A stretch of 64,000 nucleotides of DNA from NCBI GenBank assembly GCA_965202665.1, contig OZ241841.1:608001-672000 (forward strand). Direction: 5' to 3'. This DNA comes from Candidatus Spongiisociaceae bacterium (GTDB lineage Bacteria; Actinomycetota; Acidimicrobiia; Spongiisociales; Spongiisociaceae). A model generated the notes under the pieces. It had not been told where the DNA came from and did no database searches. It saw only the letters and a list, made by a program, of their open reading frames with translations. This document shows, piece after piece, positions 61,751-64,000 of the stretch. The position numbers and the translations under genes were made by a program. The stretch's first letter is position 1. Every line of letters begins with the position of its first letter.

Positions 61751-62778
61751 TCGGCGACTCCCTCCGTGTAACCCCGGTCTTCGGGATAAAGGCAGTGGGC
61801 TTGGTGGCCGGCGGCGGGGGCGACCGCCGGGGGGAAACCTTCCGTGCAGGCGTCATCGGCTTTCCAGCACCGGGTGTGGAATGGGCAACCGGGGGGAGGA
61901 CGGCGCGGGTCGGGCAGGACCCCCTCCAGGATGATCCGTTCGCCTTCCCGGGTGATCATGGGACTGGCCGACAGGAGGGCCCGCGTGTAAGGGTGCAGGC
62001 TGCGGTTCTGGACGTCGGCCACCGGCCCCTGCTCCACTTTGCGCCCCAGGTACATCACCGCCACCCGGTCCACCAGCCAGGAAACGGCCTGCAGGTTGTG
62101 GCTGATGAAGATGATGGCCAAATCCAGCCTGTCCCGCAGTTCGGCCAACAGGTTGAGTATCTGGTTCTGGACGCTCACATCCAGGGCGGAGGTGGGCTCG
62201 TCGGCCACCAGCAAAGACGGGTTCAAAGACAGGGCGCGGGCGATGGCCACCCGTTGCCGCTGGCCGCCCGACAATTCGGAGGGCCGCTTGTCGGCCGCGT
62301 CCCCCGGCATGTGCACCATGTCCAACAGTTCCTCGATTCGCTCCCGGCGCTTCCCGGGGTCGCGCCATCCGTGGATGATGAGCGGGTCGGCCAAAGTCTG
62401 GGAGACTTTCAAACGGGGGTTGAGGCTGGAAGTGGGGTCTTGGAAGACGATGGCCGTCTCCCGGGCCAGGGTGCGGCGGCGCCACTTGTAGGGCTGGGCC
62501 CACACGTCGGTCCCTTTGTAGAGGATGCGGCCCCCGGTGGGGCGGACCAAACCCACGATGCACCGGGCGACGGTGGATTTGCCGCACCCCGACTCCCCCA
62601 CCAGGCCCAGGGCCTCCCCCGGTTGCACGGCCAGGCTCAGGTCTTCGACGGCGTGCACCCGCCGCCGTCCCGGAGCCCGGTAGCGGTGGATGAGCCCGTC
62701 CAACTCCAACAAGGGACCCCCGTCCGTCCCGGCGGGGGCGGGGGCTTCGCCGGCGGGGGCGCGGACGGCGTCGGTCAC
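61747..62778 (-). CDS. oligopeptide/dipeptide ABC transporter ATP-binding subunit
   Basis: [24 protein letters not shown] and C-terminal Cys cluster. Confidence 0.93.
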   Translation of the reverse strand: MTDAVRAPAGEAPAPAGTDGGPLLELDGLIHRYRAPGRRRVHAVEDLSLAVQPGEALGLVGESGCGKSTVARCIVGLVRPTGGRILYKGTDVWAQPYKWRRRTLARETAIVFQDPTSSLNPRLKVSQTLADPLIIHGWRDPGKRRERIEELLDMVHMPGDAADKRPSELSGGQRQRVAIARALSLNPSLLVADEPTSALDVSVQNQILNLLAELRDRLDLAIIFISHNLQAVSWLVDRVAVMYLGRKVEQGPVADVQNRSLHPYTRALLSASPMITREGERIILEGVLPDPRRPPPGCPFHTRCWKADDACTEGFPPAVAPAAGHQAHCLYPEDRGYTEGVAE

Positions 62779-63764
62779 GGCCCGCTCCCCGCTGCAACCG
62801 CCGTATCTTCCCCGGGCGCCGGGTAGTAACAGGCCAGCTGATGGCCGGGCCCGATGCTTTCCAGGCCGGGGGGGGTTTCAGGGCAAGGATGGGAGGCGTT
62901 GGGACACCGTTCCACAAAGCGACATCCGGGGGAAAACTCCAGGGGGCTGGGCACCACTCCGTCCACCGAACGGGCCGGGCGTTCCCGGGCTTCCAGGCTG
63001 ACGATGGAACCCAGCAGCCCCGAGGTGTAAGGATGGCGGGGGCGGCTGGTGATCAGCCCGGCGGGACCGGTTTCCGTCAACTGCCCGGCGTACATCACCA
63101 TAATCCGCTCGCACAATTCCCGCACCAGGGCGATGTTGTGGGTGATCAACAAGGTGGTGAAAGACAATTCGGCCTGCAACGACTGCAGCAATTCCACGAT
63201 CTGGGCCTGCACCGTTTCGTCGAGGGCGGTGGTCGGTTCGTCGCCGATTAGCAAGGCGGGATTGCGGGCCAAGGCCAAGGCGATCAGCACCCGTTGCCGT
63301 TGCCCCCCCGACAGTTGATGGGGGTAGGCGGCGGCGATGGCGGACGGGTTGGGGAGATGCACCCGCTCCAGCTGGGCCCGCAGGCGGGCGTCGTCCGCCG
63401 CGCCGTCCAGTTTCATCACCTGGCCCAGTTGGGCTTTGACCGTCATCCCCGGGTTGAGGCTGAGCACCGGGTCCTGGTAGACCATTCCGATTTCGGCCCC
63501 CATCACCGCCCGGCGGGCGGCGGCGGGCATGTCCAGCAACTCCCGGCCTTTCCACCTCACCGAACCGGACGCCTCCACTTTGCGGGGCAGAAGCCCCATC
63601 ACCGCCAGCCCGGTCAGGGTTTTCCCGCACCCCGATTCCCCCACGATGCCCAGGTTTTCCCCTTCGGTCACCGCGAAACTGACCCCGGACACCACCTCCG
63701 TCCCCCCGTAGGCGTGCGGGATGCGGATGGTGAGATCCTCCACTTCCAAAATCTTCTCCGCCAT
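62775..63764 (-). CDS. oligopeptide/dipeptide ABC transporter ATP-binding subunit
   Basis: [28 protein letters not shown] and HPYT. Confidence 0.93.
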   Translation of the reverse strand: MAEKILEVEDLTIRIPHAYGGTEVVSGVSFAVTEGENLGIVGESGCGKTLTGLAVMGLLPRKVEASGSVRWKGRELLDMPAAARRAVMGAEIGMVYQDPVLSLNPGMTVKAQLGQVMKLDGAADDARLRAQLERVHLPNPSAIAAAYPHQLSGGQRQRVLIALALARNPALLIGDEPTTALDETVQAQIVELLQSLQAELSFTTLLITHNIALVRELCERIMVMYAGQLTETGPAGLITSRPRHPYTSGLLGSIVSLEARERPARSVDGVVPSPLEFSPGCRFVERCPNASHPCPETPPGLESIGPGHQLACYYPAPGEDTAVAAGSGP

Positions 63765-63767
63765 CTT

Positions 63768-64000
63768 TCATTCTCCCAGCAGGTGGCGGCGGCCGCCCAG
63801 GCGGTCGGCCATGCTTTCGGCCACGGTGTTGAGGGCCATCACGGTCAGGAAAATGGCTATGCCGGGGAAGGTGGTGTACCACCAGGTGCCCGCCATCAAC
63901 TGCTGCTGGCCGTCGCGGATCATGTTGCCCCATGTGGGAGTGGGGGGACGCACCCCCGCCCCCAGGAAACTGATGGAGGCCTCCAGCACCACCGCGTCCG
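63768..64000 (-). CDS. oligopeptide ABC transporter permease, C-terminal part (runs off the window)
   Basis: EASISFLGAG..PP.PTWG.MI..G and FPG. Confidence 0.88.
   Translation of the reverse strand, partial: DAVVLEASISFLGAGVRPPTPTWGNMIRDGQQQLMAGTWWYTTFPGIAIFLTVMALNTVAESMADRLGGRRHLLGE

Overview
High-GC bacterial chromosome segment, most consistent with an Actinomycetota (Acidimicrobiia-like) genome. This taxonomic call, and a possible host-associated lifestyle, is inference from GuaB3, a PPOX/F420-type protein, an SLH+LRR protein, Thr-rich lipoproteins and many leaderless TANNNT promoters. The backbone is housekeeping and catabolic: plsB, 2-oxoacid dehydrogenase E1 alpha/beta, two PLP enzymes plus a carbamoylase, a three-subunit xanthine-dehydrogenase-family enzyme with MoaD, an aroQ fusion, glgA, sucCD-purH-folD, tal, pcrA, guaB3-guaA, a DMFase-beta-like gene, CocE/SDR/PTE and a peptide ABC transporter. 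Small accessory islets interrupt it: a frameshifted IS481 end (1-409); an orphan VapB45-like antitoxin; a phage-derived islet (23030-25200) with an SSB-like gene and a split PD-(D/E)XK nuclease containing a 36-36-36 bp repeat-spacer-repeat; a G+T-skewed pair of surface-protein genes ending in a G33 run; a DUF3644/HEPN gene; and two apparent deletion scars. The strongest candidate for something undescribed is a stand-alone protein made of three tandem copies of the PcrA C-terminal Tudor domain, encoded directly behind pcrA. No rRNA, tRNA, cas operon or reverse transcriptase was seen. All family assignments come from motif recognition by eye; no searches were run.
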